A stretch of DNA of 64,000 nucleotides from Candidatus Latescibacterota bacterium (GCA_965219455.1 OZ244744.1:1376001-1440000), one strand, 5' to 3'. Shown: positions 28,706-39,639, counted from the first letter of the stretch. Notes: a model not told the origin generated them from the sequence alone. Program-made: numbers and translations.

Positions 28706-31700
28706 ATGTCCGATTTCGCCATACCCTGGCACCCCAGGGTCATTCTCCCCGGACGCAGCTTCCGTCTGCCCGTTCAGGCGCCCGGCGACAACGTCACGCT
28801 CTCAGCCGACCCTTTCGAGGTCATTTCAACCAGGTGGTCCGAACGGGACACCGCGATCTACCACTATCTGCGATCTCCCCGACAGGCCGGAGACTACACC
28901 CTCCGCGCGGCTCACGGCGGTAAGGAGACGGAAGCAACTATCCAGGTCCGTACCCTGGACGACCTGCGCCGGCCGCACACCTACAACGGCGCCGCGTGGC
29001 CTCGCCGCTGGCCTTTGGAGAAGAATTATCTGTCCGCAAAGACCCGGCAGACGCTGCAGGACGAGCCCCTATCGGACCGGATTGCCGAAGAAACCATCGC
29101 CTGGTGGTCGTCGCAATCGGATGAAATCGCCTGGGCGCAGCTTCCCCGTGCGGAACTGCCCAAAGCCCATTTTGCCAACTGCCACCAGGGCTGCCCCAAC
29201 TGCGGTACGGCGATTTTCAAACACAGTGGTTTTTATCCCTGGACACGCAACCACCATCCTTGTGATTTCAAGTCCGAGTGCCCCAACTGCGCTTCGGTCT
29301 ATCCCAGCAACGACCTGGCGAACGAAGACTACTTTTCAGGCGAATATCCGGACGACGGGTACGGCTATTTCGACGCCGACGATCACATCTTCCTCTTTGC
29401 CGCCACCTATCACCGGGATCAATCCCGCAGCTTCCATTCGGGAATCGGCGCTCTGACGAACGCCCTGCGCGCCGGGGGTTTCGACGAAGCGCTCGCGCGC
29501 CGGCTCGGGTTGCTGCTGCTGAGATACGCCGAGGAAGAGCTCTATCTGGCCTCCGTTCCCCAGTTCCGGTACGGCCCGTCGAAAGGCGTGGAAGAACCCT
29601 GGGATTGGGGCCAGCCCGACTGGGCGGACGAGTCCGATCCGGTTCAGGCGCTGCGCGCCAAGGGTAGCGTCCGCTACAGCATCGACACCCCGTATCTCAT
29701 CGCGAGCCTGGCGCTGGCATACGACACGGTGTGGCCGCTGATGCGGGAGGACCGGGAGCTCGTCAGACGCGCCCGATCGATGGGCCTTTCCGTTGAGACT
29801 CCCGAAGATGCCTGTCAACTGACGGAGGAGATGCTGGCGGCCCTGCTCCAGGTCACGCTGGATCGCGGCGCGAGCAGCAACCTTCCGAGAGAAAGCCAGG
29901 GGGCGCTGTTTATCCTGCGCTGTCTGGACCGCCCCGACGCGGGGGACGTGATGGATTGGATCTACGATGAAGGGCCGGACACGCTGCGTGTCTTCACCAC
30001 CAACGACTTCTTCCCGGACGGCACCCCCCAGGAGGCCACGGGTGGCTACAACTCGATCCACAGCGACGGGCTGTTCGACCTGGAACATCACCTCCGAAAC
30101 CTTCGTGCCCTGCAACCCGACGCCTACCCTGAATCCGACTACCCCTCCCTCTTCGACGACCGTCGCGCCGCGCACGTACCCCGCGCGCTGCACGAGATCA
30201 CGATGGTTGGAAAATCTTACTTCCAGTTCGGCGATGGATCGGCCCCCGGCTCGGCCGGCTTCAAGGGAGAGGGCACGATCCGGCTGGAACGCGATCTCTT
30301 TCATCCGCCGATGGATCCCGATTTTCTGGAGCGAGCGGTGGCCTTTACCGATGACCCGCGGGTGAAGGAGATCCGGTCGGCCGTTCAGAACAAACGGCAC
30401 GTGGCCCTCGGACCCACGGTCCACGACGGCGTCGGCATCGCGATTCTCCGCACACCCGAGGCCCCCGAGCGGGCCGCCGCCGGCATCGTCTACGGCGATA
30501 CGGTCCACCACCGCCATCGAGACCTTCTGGACGTCCAGTTTTTTGCGTTCGGCCGCCCTTTTCTTACGGATCTGGGCTACCCCCAGTCGTGGGCGAGCAT
30601 GTCCCCCTGGGAATCCCACTGGGCAACCCACAACACCGTCTGGTCGGACCTGCCCCCGGGCGAACCCGTCAGCGCCGGCCGCGGGCGCCTGGTTCGCAGC
30701 CTCTTTGTGGACGGTATCCAGGTACTGGACGTCGAGGCGCACCGATGGTCGCACGACGCAGGACAAGGATGGCTCAAGCTCGGTGTCACGTTCCGCCGCC
30801 TCATCGCCCTGGTCGAGACCGACGGCGACGGCGTCGCCCTCATCGACCTCTCCCGGATCACGGGAGGCACGGAACACTGGCGCACCTGTCGCGGGCTCGA
30901 AGGCGTCTTCCAGTCGGACGACGCGGGCACACAACCCTCGTCCGGAACCGTCGCCGGCCCCCAAATCCAACGCGCACAGACCGGCGGCCTGCCGCACCCG
31001 GACCATACCGCTCTCGCGTACATGGACGACGTGAGGACCGGCCAGGCGCCGCCGGCCTTCAGCGGGGCCTGGCAATCGCAGGCCGAGCGCACCGTCCACC
31101 TGGATCTCCATCAGGTAAACGTTTCCCCGGAAACCCGTCTGTTCACGGCCCGCGCGGCGCAGTCGATGGGTACCCCCGAAACGTCCAACTACCTGTATCA
31201 GCCCGTCATCTGGCGGCGGACGCCGCAAGACGATACCACATGCGTCGATCTGGTATTCGAACCCCGGATCGGCGAACCGACCCTTGCCGAAGCGGTCGCC
31301 GTTCCCGCGCAGTCTCCCACCGCCGCCGGCGTGCGGCTCACCACCGCGCAGGGCAAGGAAATCGCCCTTTACTGGGCGCCCGATGCCGGTCCCGAGGACG
31401 CCACTCGCTTTGAAAACGGCGTCACGTTGAACGGCGGCCTGGCGACCGTGGTCGACGGTCGGATTTCAACCGTGGGCGCATCCGCATTCCAGGACTCCGC
31501 GACGTCACTCACAACCGGTCAAGCGCAACAGACCGGCCGCATTGTCGCCCTCGACAGGGACGCGTGTACGGTAGACGTGGAAGGTCTGGAGAGCATCGCT
31601 GCGGGCGACCGCGTCACCGTCAACCCCGACGGCAGGGCGCACAGCTATCGCGTTGAAGCCACTGAAGACGCGGCCGTACGGGTCAATCGACTCACGCTCG

Positions 31701-32020
31701 ACGTCACCTCGCTCCTGGGGCGCGCAAAGGTGGTCGCCGCCGAAAACGGCAGGATCGACTTCGGTTTTCACGTCCTTGCCAAGTCCGGCAACCTCAACGG
31801 TACGCGCATTCAGACCGGCGCGAACGACGACTGGGCCGTGATCGCCAACGCGAGCAATGAGGGTTCCTGGCCGCCCGGCCGCGTCCGCACCACCGTCCGC
31901 ATCGACCCCAATAGAGGCGACGGCGACCGGCTCCGGAATCTCGCCCCCGGCGCCTGGGTTCAAATCGTGGACTACGTGGTCGGCGATACGGTTCTCTTTG
32001 AACCTGTCGGCTCGACTTGA
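28706..32020 (+). CDS. Heparinase II/III-like protein
   Basis: Cys-rich CPNC segments, QEATGGYN, QFGDG, HHRHRDLL...TDLGYP...THNTV motifs. Confidence 0.7.
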   Translation: MSDFAIPWHPRVILPGRSFRLPVQAPGDNVTLSADPFEVISTRWSERDTAIYHYLRSPRQAGDYTLRAAHGGKETEATIQVRTLDDLRRPHTYNGAAWPRRWPLEKNYLSAKTRQTLQDEPLSDRIAEETIAWWSSQSDEIAWAQLPRAELPKAHFANCHQGCPNCGTAIFKHSGFYPWTRNHHPCDFKSECPNCASVYPSNDLANEDYFSGEYPDDGYGYFDADDHIFLFAATYHRDQSRSFHSGIGALTNALRAGGFDEALARRLGLLLLRYAEEELYLASVPQFRYGPSKGVEEPWDWGQPDWADESDPVQALRAKGSVRYSIDTPYLIASLALAYDTVWPLMREDRELVRRARSMGLSVETPEDACQLTEEMLAALLQVTLDRGASSNLPRESQGALFILRCLDRPDAGDVMDWIYDEGPDTLRVFTTNDFFPDGTPQEATGGYNSIHSDGLFDLEHHLRNLRALQPDAYPESDYPSLFDDRRAAHVPRALHEITMVGKSYFQFGDGSAPGSAGFKGEGTIRLERDLFHPPMDPDFLERAVAFTDDPRVKEIRSAVQNKRHVALGPTVHDGVGIAILRTPEAPERAAAGIVYGDTVHHRHRDLLDVQFFAFGRPFLTDLGYPQSWASMSPWESHWATHNTVWSDLPPGEPVSAGRGRLVRSLFVDGIQVLDVEAHRWSHDAGQGWLKLGVTFRRLIALVETDGDGVALIDLSRITGGTEHWRTCRGLEGVFQSDDAGTQPSSGTVAGPQIQRAQTGGLPHPDHTALAYMDDVRTGQAPPAFSGAWQSQAERTVHLDLHQVNVSPETRLFTARAAQSMGTPETSNYLYQPVIWRRTPQDDTTCVDLVFEPRIGEPTLAEAVAVPAQSPTAAGVRLTTAQGKEIALYWAPDAGPEDATRFENGVTLNGGLATVVDGRISTVGASAFQDSATSLTTGQAQQTGRIVALDRDACTVDVEGLESIAAGDRVTVNPDGRAHSYRVEATEDAAVRVNRLTLDVTSLLGRAKVVAAENGRIDFGFHVLAKSGNLNGTRIQTGANDDWAVIANASNEGSWPPGRVRTTVRIDPNRGDGDRLRNLAPGAWVQIVDYVVGDTVLFEPVGST

Positions 32021-32201
32021 CAAGGTGGAGCACATTCACACACGCGTCGACGGCTTGCGGATCCTGACCAGCGACAACGACAATTGGAGGGTGGAGCGGA
32101 CATTCCTGTCTGCTCACATACATCAATCCGAAACCTCAGAATCACGTGTCCGGGCACGCCGCCCCATCAACCGCAATCACGACCAATAACACAAAATCCC
32201 A

Positions 32202-32483
32202 ATGGAAAACTCTCAGATCCAACTCGACGGAGATCCGCGCAAGCTGGCCAGGGCGATCTACCGTGCCGCGCAGGAATCCTACCTGGAAAAACATGGTCAC
32301 CTGTCCGGCTGGGACGATATGAGAGCCGACCTGGAGGCCGAAATCCCGGGGCTCGCCAAACAGATGGCCGAAGCCCTGGACCGCCGCGCGCGGGACGTCT
32401 ACCTCATCAACGCCCTGGAAGTAATGGCCCTCTCGTTTGCGCGAAGCGAGTTGAGAAAGGCTTCGAATCGACCGGAGAGATAG
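32202..32483 (+). CDS. Hypothetical protein
   Basis: 93-aa ORF with typical GC3-rich codon usage. Confidence 0.6.
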   Translation: MENSQIQLDGDPRKLARAIYRAAQESYLEKHGHLSGWDDMRADLEAEIPGLAKQMAEALDRRARDVYLINALEVMALSFARSELRKASNRPER

Positions 32484-32652
32484 GGTCGCGAAAGGCCGCA
32501 TCCTCTCTCCATCCGTGCAAGCGCGTGAGCGGCGGCGCCAGCGCCCCGACCCGGCTCCTTTCCCCTGGATGCGTGCGAATCGGAATCCAGCTCTTGACTA
32601 ATCGGACGGGGAGGCGTGAACGGATCCGGAAAGGCCGTCAAAAGCGTTTGCC

Positions 32653-32681
32653 TTGACAATGGGTTCCCATCTGTTTATTAT
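32653..32681 (+). promoter_or_regulatory. Sigma70-type promoter with palindrome in spacer
   Basis: TTGACA-17-TATTAT; spacer contains ATGGG-TT-CCCAT. Confidence 0.65.
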
Positions 32682-32785
32682 GAACATGCATATTGAACAG
32701 TCGGTTTGGCAAGGCGATCAGGACTTCGCGGCGGTCGACGGCCTTATTGAAATGAAGACGCCCAAACGCAGACAGGAGTCCAATA

Positions 32786-33076
32786 ATGGCAGAAAGGTCC
32801 GAACCGCAATCGGACACGGCGGGAGCGATGGATAATACGCACTGGGGGGTTGCGTATCTGCGCGAAGACCTGCAGGACCTGCGCCTTCAGATGCGCGAAG
32901 ATATCAAAGATCTGCGCGAGCAGGTCGCGGAGACCAGCCGGTCCTTGGGGCAGCGCATTGACGAGACCAATAAACGCATCGATCAGACCAATGGACGAAT
33001 TGACTCCCGTTTTGCCTGGCTCATTACAACGATGTTGGCACTGACGGGCATTCTCATCGCCGTGATCAAGCTATGA
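32786..33076 (+). CDS. Small coiled-coil protein with C-terminal membrane anchor
   Basis: AGGAG RBS, RIDETNKRIDQTNGRIDS heptads, WLITTMLALTGILIAVIKL TM helix. Confidence 0.7.
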   Translation: MAERSEPQSDTAGAMDNTHWGVAYLREDLQDLRLQMREDIKDLREQVAETSRSLGQRIDETNKRIDQTNGRIDSRFAWLITTMLALTGILIAVIKL

Positions 33077-33399
33077 GACCTGTTCATACAGGATGTGTCT
33101 GACCGTTCTGCCTGTCGGGATATGCCGGGCCTGTATCCTTCTCGACGAAGTCGGCTAACTCCCCTTGAACAACACGACGCCACCCTCCTCTTCCAGGACG
33201 TCTCCAAACGACGAGAACGGCAACCCTATCATCCTCGCCTCTCTGCCAGTGTCCGCAGAACCGCCACGCGCGCGACGCCTACCTCTACCTCACCAATGCC
33301 TTCGGATTCCTGGCGCTCTCCTACGCCCGACGTGATTTGAAAAAGGATTCAGATCGACTGCGGAGATATGCCAGCATGGGACTACCTGCGACCGGCGGG

Positions 33400-33537
33400 T
33401 CAGCCGCTGTTTTTCCTTCCCAACACGGCCTTGACCATTCGCCAGACCAGGCCGGCGCCGACCACCAGTACGAGCACGGCGGAAATCAGCAGAACCATTC
33501 GAACGAGAAGCGGAAGATCATCGAAGAAGGGGAACAT
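33400..33537 (-). CDS. Small single-TM membrane protein (45 aa)
   Basis: MFPFFDDLPLLVRMVLLISAVLVLVVGAGLVWRMVKAVLGRKNSG. Confidence 0.5.
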   Translation of the reverse strand: MFPFFDDLPLLVRMVLLISAVLVLVVGAGLVWRMVKAVLGRKNSG

Positions 33538-33648
33538 ATCTAACGGGGCGACCGCGCGGTCGCGAGTGAAGCGATGGATTCGTACGACCCGATCCTCGGA
33601 CCGGTCGAACATGCGAGACAATTGCCATCGCGCGATGGAGGTAATTCA

Positions 33649-34395
33649 ATGTCCCACGCCACCGTGCTTGTTGCGGGTCGTGCGGATGACAACTGCCTGA
33701 CGCGGGTTGTCGACGCGCTTCGGGATCGGGGCGTCGCCGTAGAAGCCGGCGTCCTGAATGGCCATCCGGCCCTTGAAGACGCGCTGGCGGCGTGCGTTGA
33801 GGGCTGCGCGGACCGGATTGCGATCCTGCCCTGTATCTTTCAGGTAGACGACCAGGTCTTGCAACGCATCCGACAACGCGCGGATGGATTCCGAAAGGAC
33901 CATCCGGGTCTCGATATCCACATCGCGCCGTCCATCGGCTTCGACCCCAGGCTCGTTGATATCGCAGACGATTATATCGCCAGAACATATTCGGCAATGG
34001 ACGGCAACACGGCGGCGGCGATACTGAAAATCGAGGGATGCATCTCGAATCCAATAGACTTCACGTATGCGGATCTCGAAATGATTCCGGACCCGATCGA
34101 CGATATCGGCCGCCTTCTTCCGGGACGCCGCGGATCCGCGTTAACCGTTGCCGCGCTCTTGAAGGACGTGAACATCGACGCCAGCGCGGGCCATGCAGTT
34201 TTTCATTCGGCAGAAGACGGCTTTTTCGCACGGGTTCCACTCGAGAAGGCCCTGGTCAACGGCGTCCTCGTTTACCGGATGGACGGCCATCCGTTGCCGG
34301 AACGCATGGGCGGTCCGCTGCGGCTTTTCGTTCCTGAAACCGACGACAGGTGCGCGAACGTCAAAAACGTGGTCCGTATCGAGTTAATCAGGTAA
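33649..34395 (+). CDS. CbiX/SirB-like domain fused to molybdopterin-oxidoreductase-like domain
   Basis: PALEDALAAC...IAILP...IAPSIGFDPRLVDI then LVYRMDGHPLPERMGGPLRLFVP...NVKNVVRIE; GGAGG RBS. Confidence 0.75.
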   Translation: MSHATVLVAGRADDNCLTRVVDALRDRGVAVEAGVLNGHPALEDALAACVEGCADRIAILPCIFQVDDQVLQRIRQRADGFRKDHPGLDIHIAPSIGFDPRLVDIADDYIARTYSAMDGNTAAAILKIEGCISNPIDFTYADLEMIPDPIDDIGRLLPGRRGSALTVAALLKDVNIDASAGHAVFHSAEDGFFARVPLEKALVNGVLVYRMDGHPLPERMGGPLRLFVPETDDRCANVKNVVRIELIR

Positions 34396-34467
34396 AGCCG
34401 CTTGTGGCCGGATTGAACCCGGTTCTGGCCGTACGCCAACGAATCCTCCGGTTTCCTTAGCAGGGGC

Positions 34468-34496
34468 TTGACTCGGAATCCGAAATCGGGTAACAT
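34468..34496 (+). promoter_or_regulatory. Sigma70-type promoter of family-2 RNA copy 1
   Basis: TTGACT-17-TAACAT. Confidence 0.6.
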
Positions 34497-34502
34497 TCCA
34501 TG

Positions 34503-34582
34503 AACCAGGACGCGGGCCTCTGTCGCGCACTCCGCTTGCCAAACCCTCCCGGCCGGCGGAAATACGGATAGAGGCCCGAATC
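34503..34582 (+). ncRNA. Putative hairpin sRNA, family 2, copy 1
   Basis: 12-bp stem CGGGCCTCTGTC/GATAGAGGCCCG, inner stems, loop AAACCCTCCC; near-identical copy at 38821. Confidence 0.5.
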
Positions 34583-34648
34583 ATATTAAGTGCGCGATGT
34601 CCCCGCGGTTGCGCGCTGTCTTTAGAAGGGCGATCTGACTTCAGTGGC

Positions 34649-37600
34649 TTAACTCTTGCCGAACGCGTTGGCGAATATTACAAAATCACCGAAGCCGATG
34701 GCGCCATTCTCGTCCAGGTCGTACTTCGCGTCATATCCCGCATCGCCTTCGCGCAGGCCGAACCGTTGCGCGAACAGCACAAAGTCGGCAAAGCCGACGC
34801 TACCGTCGTCATTGAAGTCGGGACCGGTCGTCTTGGGTGGAACCGTCGGTGGAACCGCCGACGCGATATCCCACATCAGCACTGAGCCATCCCGTGATCC
34901 TGAAACCAGCGTGCCGCCATCCGGCGAGAACGCCACCGAATAGACCCATCCACTGTGGCCTTCGAGCGTGGCGACGTCGGTACCCGTGGCCACGTCCCAC
35001 AGCTTGACCGTGTTGTCGCTCGACCCGGCGGCCAGCGTGCTCCCATCCGGCGAGAACGCCACTGAGCCCACTCCGCCCGTGTGCCCGTGGCCTTCGAGCG
35101 TGGCGACGTCGGTACCCGTAGCCACGTTCCACAGCTTAACCGTGCCAAGCCTGAACCCCGAGGCCAGCGTGCTTCCATCCGGCGAGAATGCCACCGAATA
35201 GACCCGGCCACTACGCCCTTCGAGAATGTCGACCTCGGTTCGCGTGGCCACGTCCCATAACCGGACCGTGCCGTCCTGCGACCCCGACGCCAGCGTGCTC
35301 CCATCCGACGAGAACGCCACCGAATAGACCCAGCCACTATGTCCTTCGAGAGCGGAGACCTCGGTTTGCGTGGCCGCGTCCCATAACCGGACCGTGCCAT
35401 CCTGCGACCCCGTGGCCAGTACGCCGCCATCTGACGCAAACGCCATCGACGATAGAGACGTGTGCCCATAGACGGCCCCGGCATTGCCCGTCTCCATATC
35501 CCTTACGATGACCGTGCCGTCCGCTGCCCCGGTGGCAAGAAGAGAGCCATTGCGCGAGATCGTTACCGAATAGACTCCATCCGCATGCTCTTCCAGGGTG
35601 TTGATCAGTTCTCGCGTGGCCACGTCCCACAGCTTGACCGTGCGGTCGCCCGATCCGGAGGCCAGCGTGCTCCCATTCTGCGAAAACACCACCGAATTGA
35701 CCCCATCCGTATGCCCCTCAAGAGTGGCAATCTCGGTTCGCGCGGCCACGTTCCACAGTTTTACCGTTCGGTCGTTCGAACCGGAGGCCAGCGTGCTCCC
35801 GTTTTGTGAAAACACCACCGAATTGACCCCATCCGTATGCCCCTCGAGAGTTTCGACCTCGGATCGAGCGGCCACGTCCCAGAGTTTAACCGTATGGTCG
35901 CTCGATCCCGAAGCCAGCCGGCCGCCGTCCGGAGAAAATGCCACCGAAGTGACCCCAATCGTGTGCCGCCGCAATGTGGCGACTTCTGTTTGCGTGGCCA
36001 CGTCCCACAGCTTGACCGCGGCATCCTCCGCACCGGAGGCGAGCGTGGCACCGTCCGTCGAAAACACCACCGAGTTGACCCGATCCGCATGACCCTTCAG
36101 GCTGGCGACCCGTGCGCCAAACTCAACATTCCATAATTCAACGTGGCCATTGTTCAACCCCGCCGCGAGGGTGCCCTGCCCTGAAAACGCCACTGAATGG
36201 ACACGAGCGGGACTTGGCAGCAGAGCGGAGGCACGGGAGGTGCTCACTTCATACAACCAGACACCGATCCCGCTGGCCACGGCCAGCGTTCGTCCATCCG
36301 GCGAAAGGGCTACCGCACGGTCGCTCTGGCCAATGGCTCCTTTGCCCAGGCGCGCCGTCGCCCTCTCGGGCAGCCGCCATTTCCGGTAGTCCCCGTCCGA
36401 CACGACCACGGGGGTTCCCACGCCTTCTGCGGAAAAGGTCGCCAACTCACGACCGCCGATCGTTACCACCACGGTGTTTGTGCCCGCCCGGGCGCCCAGC
36501 GTCAGGGTGGTGGCTGCGAGGCCACCCGCATCCGTCCGCGTATGCTGGACCGTGAACCTCCCGCCGAGTTTGCCGTCGCCGGAGATGACCTCCACACCGA
36601 AGGGCCGGAGACCCGGCCACTCAGACAGTTCCCACAGCAGCACCGTGCCATCCTCCGACCCCGTGGCCAACGTGGCCCAATCCGGCGAAAACACAACCGA
36701 ACGGACGTCGCCGTTATGACCCTCCAGCGTCGCGACCTCGATTCGCGCGTGCACGTCCCACACCTTGATTGTGTTGTCGTGCGACCCGGAGGCCAGCCTG
36801 CTGCCGTCCTTCGAAAACGCCAGGGATCCGATGCCCCTCGAATGTCCTTTGAGGGTGGTGACCTGGGTTTGCAAGGCCAGGTCCCATATCCTTACCGTGC
36901 CATCCTCCGAACCGGAGGCCAACGTGCCTCCATCCGGTGAAAATACCACCGAAGTGACACCCCCTCTATGCCCTTCAAAGGTGGCGACCGCCCTTCGCCT
37001 GGCGACGTCCCACAGCAGCACCGTGCCATCCTCCGACGCGGTGGCCAGCGCGACCCCATCCTGTGAAAACACGACCGAAGTGACACCGCCCGCGTGACCT
37101 TCAAGGGTGGCTGCCGCCGATCGCGAAGCCACGTCCCACAGCAGCACGGTGCTATCCTCTGACGCGGTAGCCAGCGTGTCCCCTTCCGGCGAAAACACCA
37201 TCGACGTGACGCTTCCTCTATGGCCATGGAGGTTACCGACCTGTATTCGCGCGTTTACGTCCCACAGATTTACCACGCCCCCCGCAGATCCGGAGGCCAG
37301 CGTGTCACCATCCGACGAAAACACCACCGAATTGACCGCAGATTTATGACCGCCAAATGCGACGTAATATCCTGTCTCTACGTCCCAGAGCCTCGCCGTG
37401 CCATCCTTTGACGCGGTGGCCAGCGTGCCGCCGTCCTTCGAAAACACCACCGACGTGACGCTACCCGTAGGCCCTTCGAGGGTGTCGACCACCCAACGCC
37501 TGGCGACGTTCCACAGCAACACGTTGCCATCCTCCGACGCTGTGACCAGTGTGTCCGCATCCGGTGAAAACGCTACCAGAGTGAGACTGCCCGTATCACC

Positions 37601-38550
37601 CTTAACAGCCCGTTGAAAAAGTCCATCCGGGCTGCGTCCGGCTCTTGTGGCCGAATTACTGCGTTGCACTCCCTCCCCGAATCCCCCGATTCGACGCGGT
37701 CGTGCGTCTTGTCTTCGGCCACAATAACTCGGCCTCGCCTGCAGAGCGACTTTATCAACGGACTGTTAAGGGTGTCTGCCTCCGATGGGGAGGCGACGTC
37801 CTATAGCAACACCGTGCTATCCCCCGACACGGTGGCCAGAGTGCCGCCGTCTTGCGAAAACGACAGCGAAGTGACATCATCAGCAAGCCCTTCGAGCGTG
37901 CCGGCCTGCGTTCGCGTGCTCACGTCCCAAAGCAACACGGTGCCATCCTCCGATGCGGTGGCCAGCGTGCCGCCATCCGGCGAAAACACGACCGAATTGA
38001 CATTATCCGAATGACCTTCGAGGGTGGCCGTCTGTGATCTCGACGCCGCGTCCCACAACTGCACCGCGCCATCCTCCGACGCGGCCGCCAGCATGTCCCC
38101 CTCCGGCGAAAACACCACCGAAGTGACTCTACCCGCTGATACATCGAGAGTGGCTGCCTCTGATCGCGTTACCACGTCCCACAGTAATACCGTGCCGTCC
38201 TCTGAAACCGTGGCCAGCGTACCCCCATCCGGCGAAAACGACACCGAATTGACCCGGCCCGAACTCGGCAAAAGCGCCAGGGTACGGGCCGTGGCCCCGT
38301 CGTACAGCCACACGCCGATGCCGCTGGCCACGGCCAGCGTCCGCCCGTCAGACGAAAGAGCCACCGCCCGGTTTCCCGATCCGATAGCTCCCTTTCCCAG
38401 GCGCGCAGTCGCGCCGTCGGGCAGATGCCACGTCGGGGGGGCCTCTTCCAACACGCCCACGCCGGCGCCAGACACTGAAATGCCGCAAAACAGCGCGATG
38501 AGCGCCAGCATCGACACCGCCGTTTTCTTGTCGAAGATTTCGTTCGCCAT
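34649..38550 (-). pseudogene. Secreted WD40-repeat protein with C-terminal dockerin/EF-hand-like motif, disrupted by amber stop (37801-37803) and MITE
   Basis: ORFs 37801..38637 and 34649..37669 join in frame (TVLL*DVASPSEADTLKGDTGSLTLVAFSPD) after removing the MITE; >20 WD repeats; PDFNDDGSVGFADF...YDLDENGAIGFGDF. Confidence 0.85.
37606..37765. mobile_element. 160-bp MITE with TTAA target duplication
   Basis: TIRs CAGCCCGTTGAAAAAGTC / CAGTCCGTTGATAAAGTC (16/18); TTAA at 37602-37605 and 37766-37769; excision restores frame. Confidence 0.9.
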
Positions 38551-38785
38551 GCCGCACTCCTTTACTGTTGCCATCCTGGAAGACACCTCCACATCCATCG
38601 ACCGCTTTGGGAAATTGTAGTCAGATGGCGGTGTCATGCGCAGCGCTGAATATGTATCAAACCTGCCAGCGTCGCAATAATATACGCGAAATATCAGTAA
38701 GATTGCGGTCTTTTTTCGTAGAATACGCTGGCGTTTTGCATTTGGAATCCTGAGCGCGTGGTGTCATTTGCCGAACGATAGGGGC

Positions 38786-38814
38786 TTGACACGCAATCGG
38801 AAATCGGATAACAT
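38786..38814 (+). promoter_or_regulatory. Sigma70-type promoter of family-2 RNA copy 2
   Basis: TTGACA-17-TAACAT. Confidence 0.65.
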
Positions 38815-38820
38815 AAATTG

Positions 38821-38900
38821 AAACAGGACGCGGGCCTCTGTCGCGTACTCCGCTTGCAAAACCCTCCCGGCCGGCGGAAATACGGATAGAGGCCCGAATT
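38821..38900 (+). ncRNA. Putative hairpin sRNA, family 2, copy 2
   Basis: Two substitutions versus copy 1 over the CAGGACG...CCCGAAT core. Confidence 0.5.
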
Positions 38901-39164
38901 ACGTGTTAACGCAGGGAACCCTGCGCTCACATCAAGCTCTCAAATCCGCAACGCGGTCGCCCGGCTTGCGGCGGATGTTCTTCACGGTGGAGCGTAACGG
39001 ACGCCGAAACCGCCCTATACCGGGCAGGCACCTCACATCCAGGTCACTTCAAGGACAATCGGCGGGCGTATCCTTGCCCCATGATCGAACAATGCCGAGG
39101 CAGGCTTCGCGGAACACTCACCGCACTCAGCAACGGTAAAATCCATCCAGGATTGTGCCGAACT

Positions 39165-39265
39165 TGAAAACTTGCGCCAAGTTTGTAAATTAATCCGTAA
39201 AAAGTAGATAAATATGTAAATTTTAAATAGTTGAATATTGTTTGACTAATGGTTATATTATGGTT
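39165..39265. promoter_or_regulatory. AT-rich divergent promoter region
   Basis: AT-rich island; TTGAAT (39231)-17-TATATT (39254) on + strand. Confidence 0.5.
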
Positions 39266-39331
39266 GAAGCATCTCGCAAGCCGAACGAAACAGTTCTGTA
39301 ACGCAGCGTTCCAGGCCTAGCCCGGCCGCAT

Positions 39332-39447
39332 GCAAAAACCGTCGGTTTCCCTGACCTGCCAGAGTCGAAAACCGACGGTTATCCAGGAAGGCGCGCAACC
39401 CTTTTGTCCCCTGGCACTATTGCGCCGTGAGACGGAATGCGGCCCTC
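39332..39447 (-). ncRNA. Putative sRNA, family 1, copy B (antisense to leader of surface-protein gene)
   Basis: Homologous to 708-823; terminator AACCGTCGG...CCGACGGTT + TTT. Confidence 0.65.
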
Positions 39448-39454
39448 ATTTTGA

Positions 39455-39483
39455 AATATAGAGAACCTGTCTCGTTTTGTCAA
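39455..39483 (-). promoter_or_regulatory. Sigma70-type promoter of sRNA copy B
   Basis: TTGACA (39483-39478), 17-bp spacer, TATATT (39460-39455). Confidence 0.75.
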
Positions 39484-39639
39484 ATGCCGCGATCCGGAAT
39501 CGAGCGCGTCGAGACGCGAACCGGATTATCGAATTCCTCGTCGCACCTGGCCGCGACGACGTCTTACCGCGGCGCCGGAACATCGTTGGCCTGTTGCGAG
39601 TTGGTCAAGACTGCCAATCGGAAGGGAAGGAAGGACATC

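Noticed and set aside
37801-37803. Pyrrolysine or amber recoding
   Set aside because: Single TGG>TAG at a conserved Trp beside a MITE; TAG serves as a normal stop elsewhere in the window (e.g. thyA)
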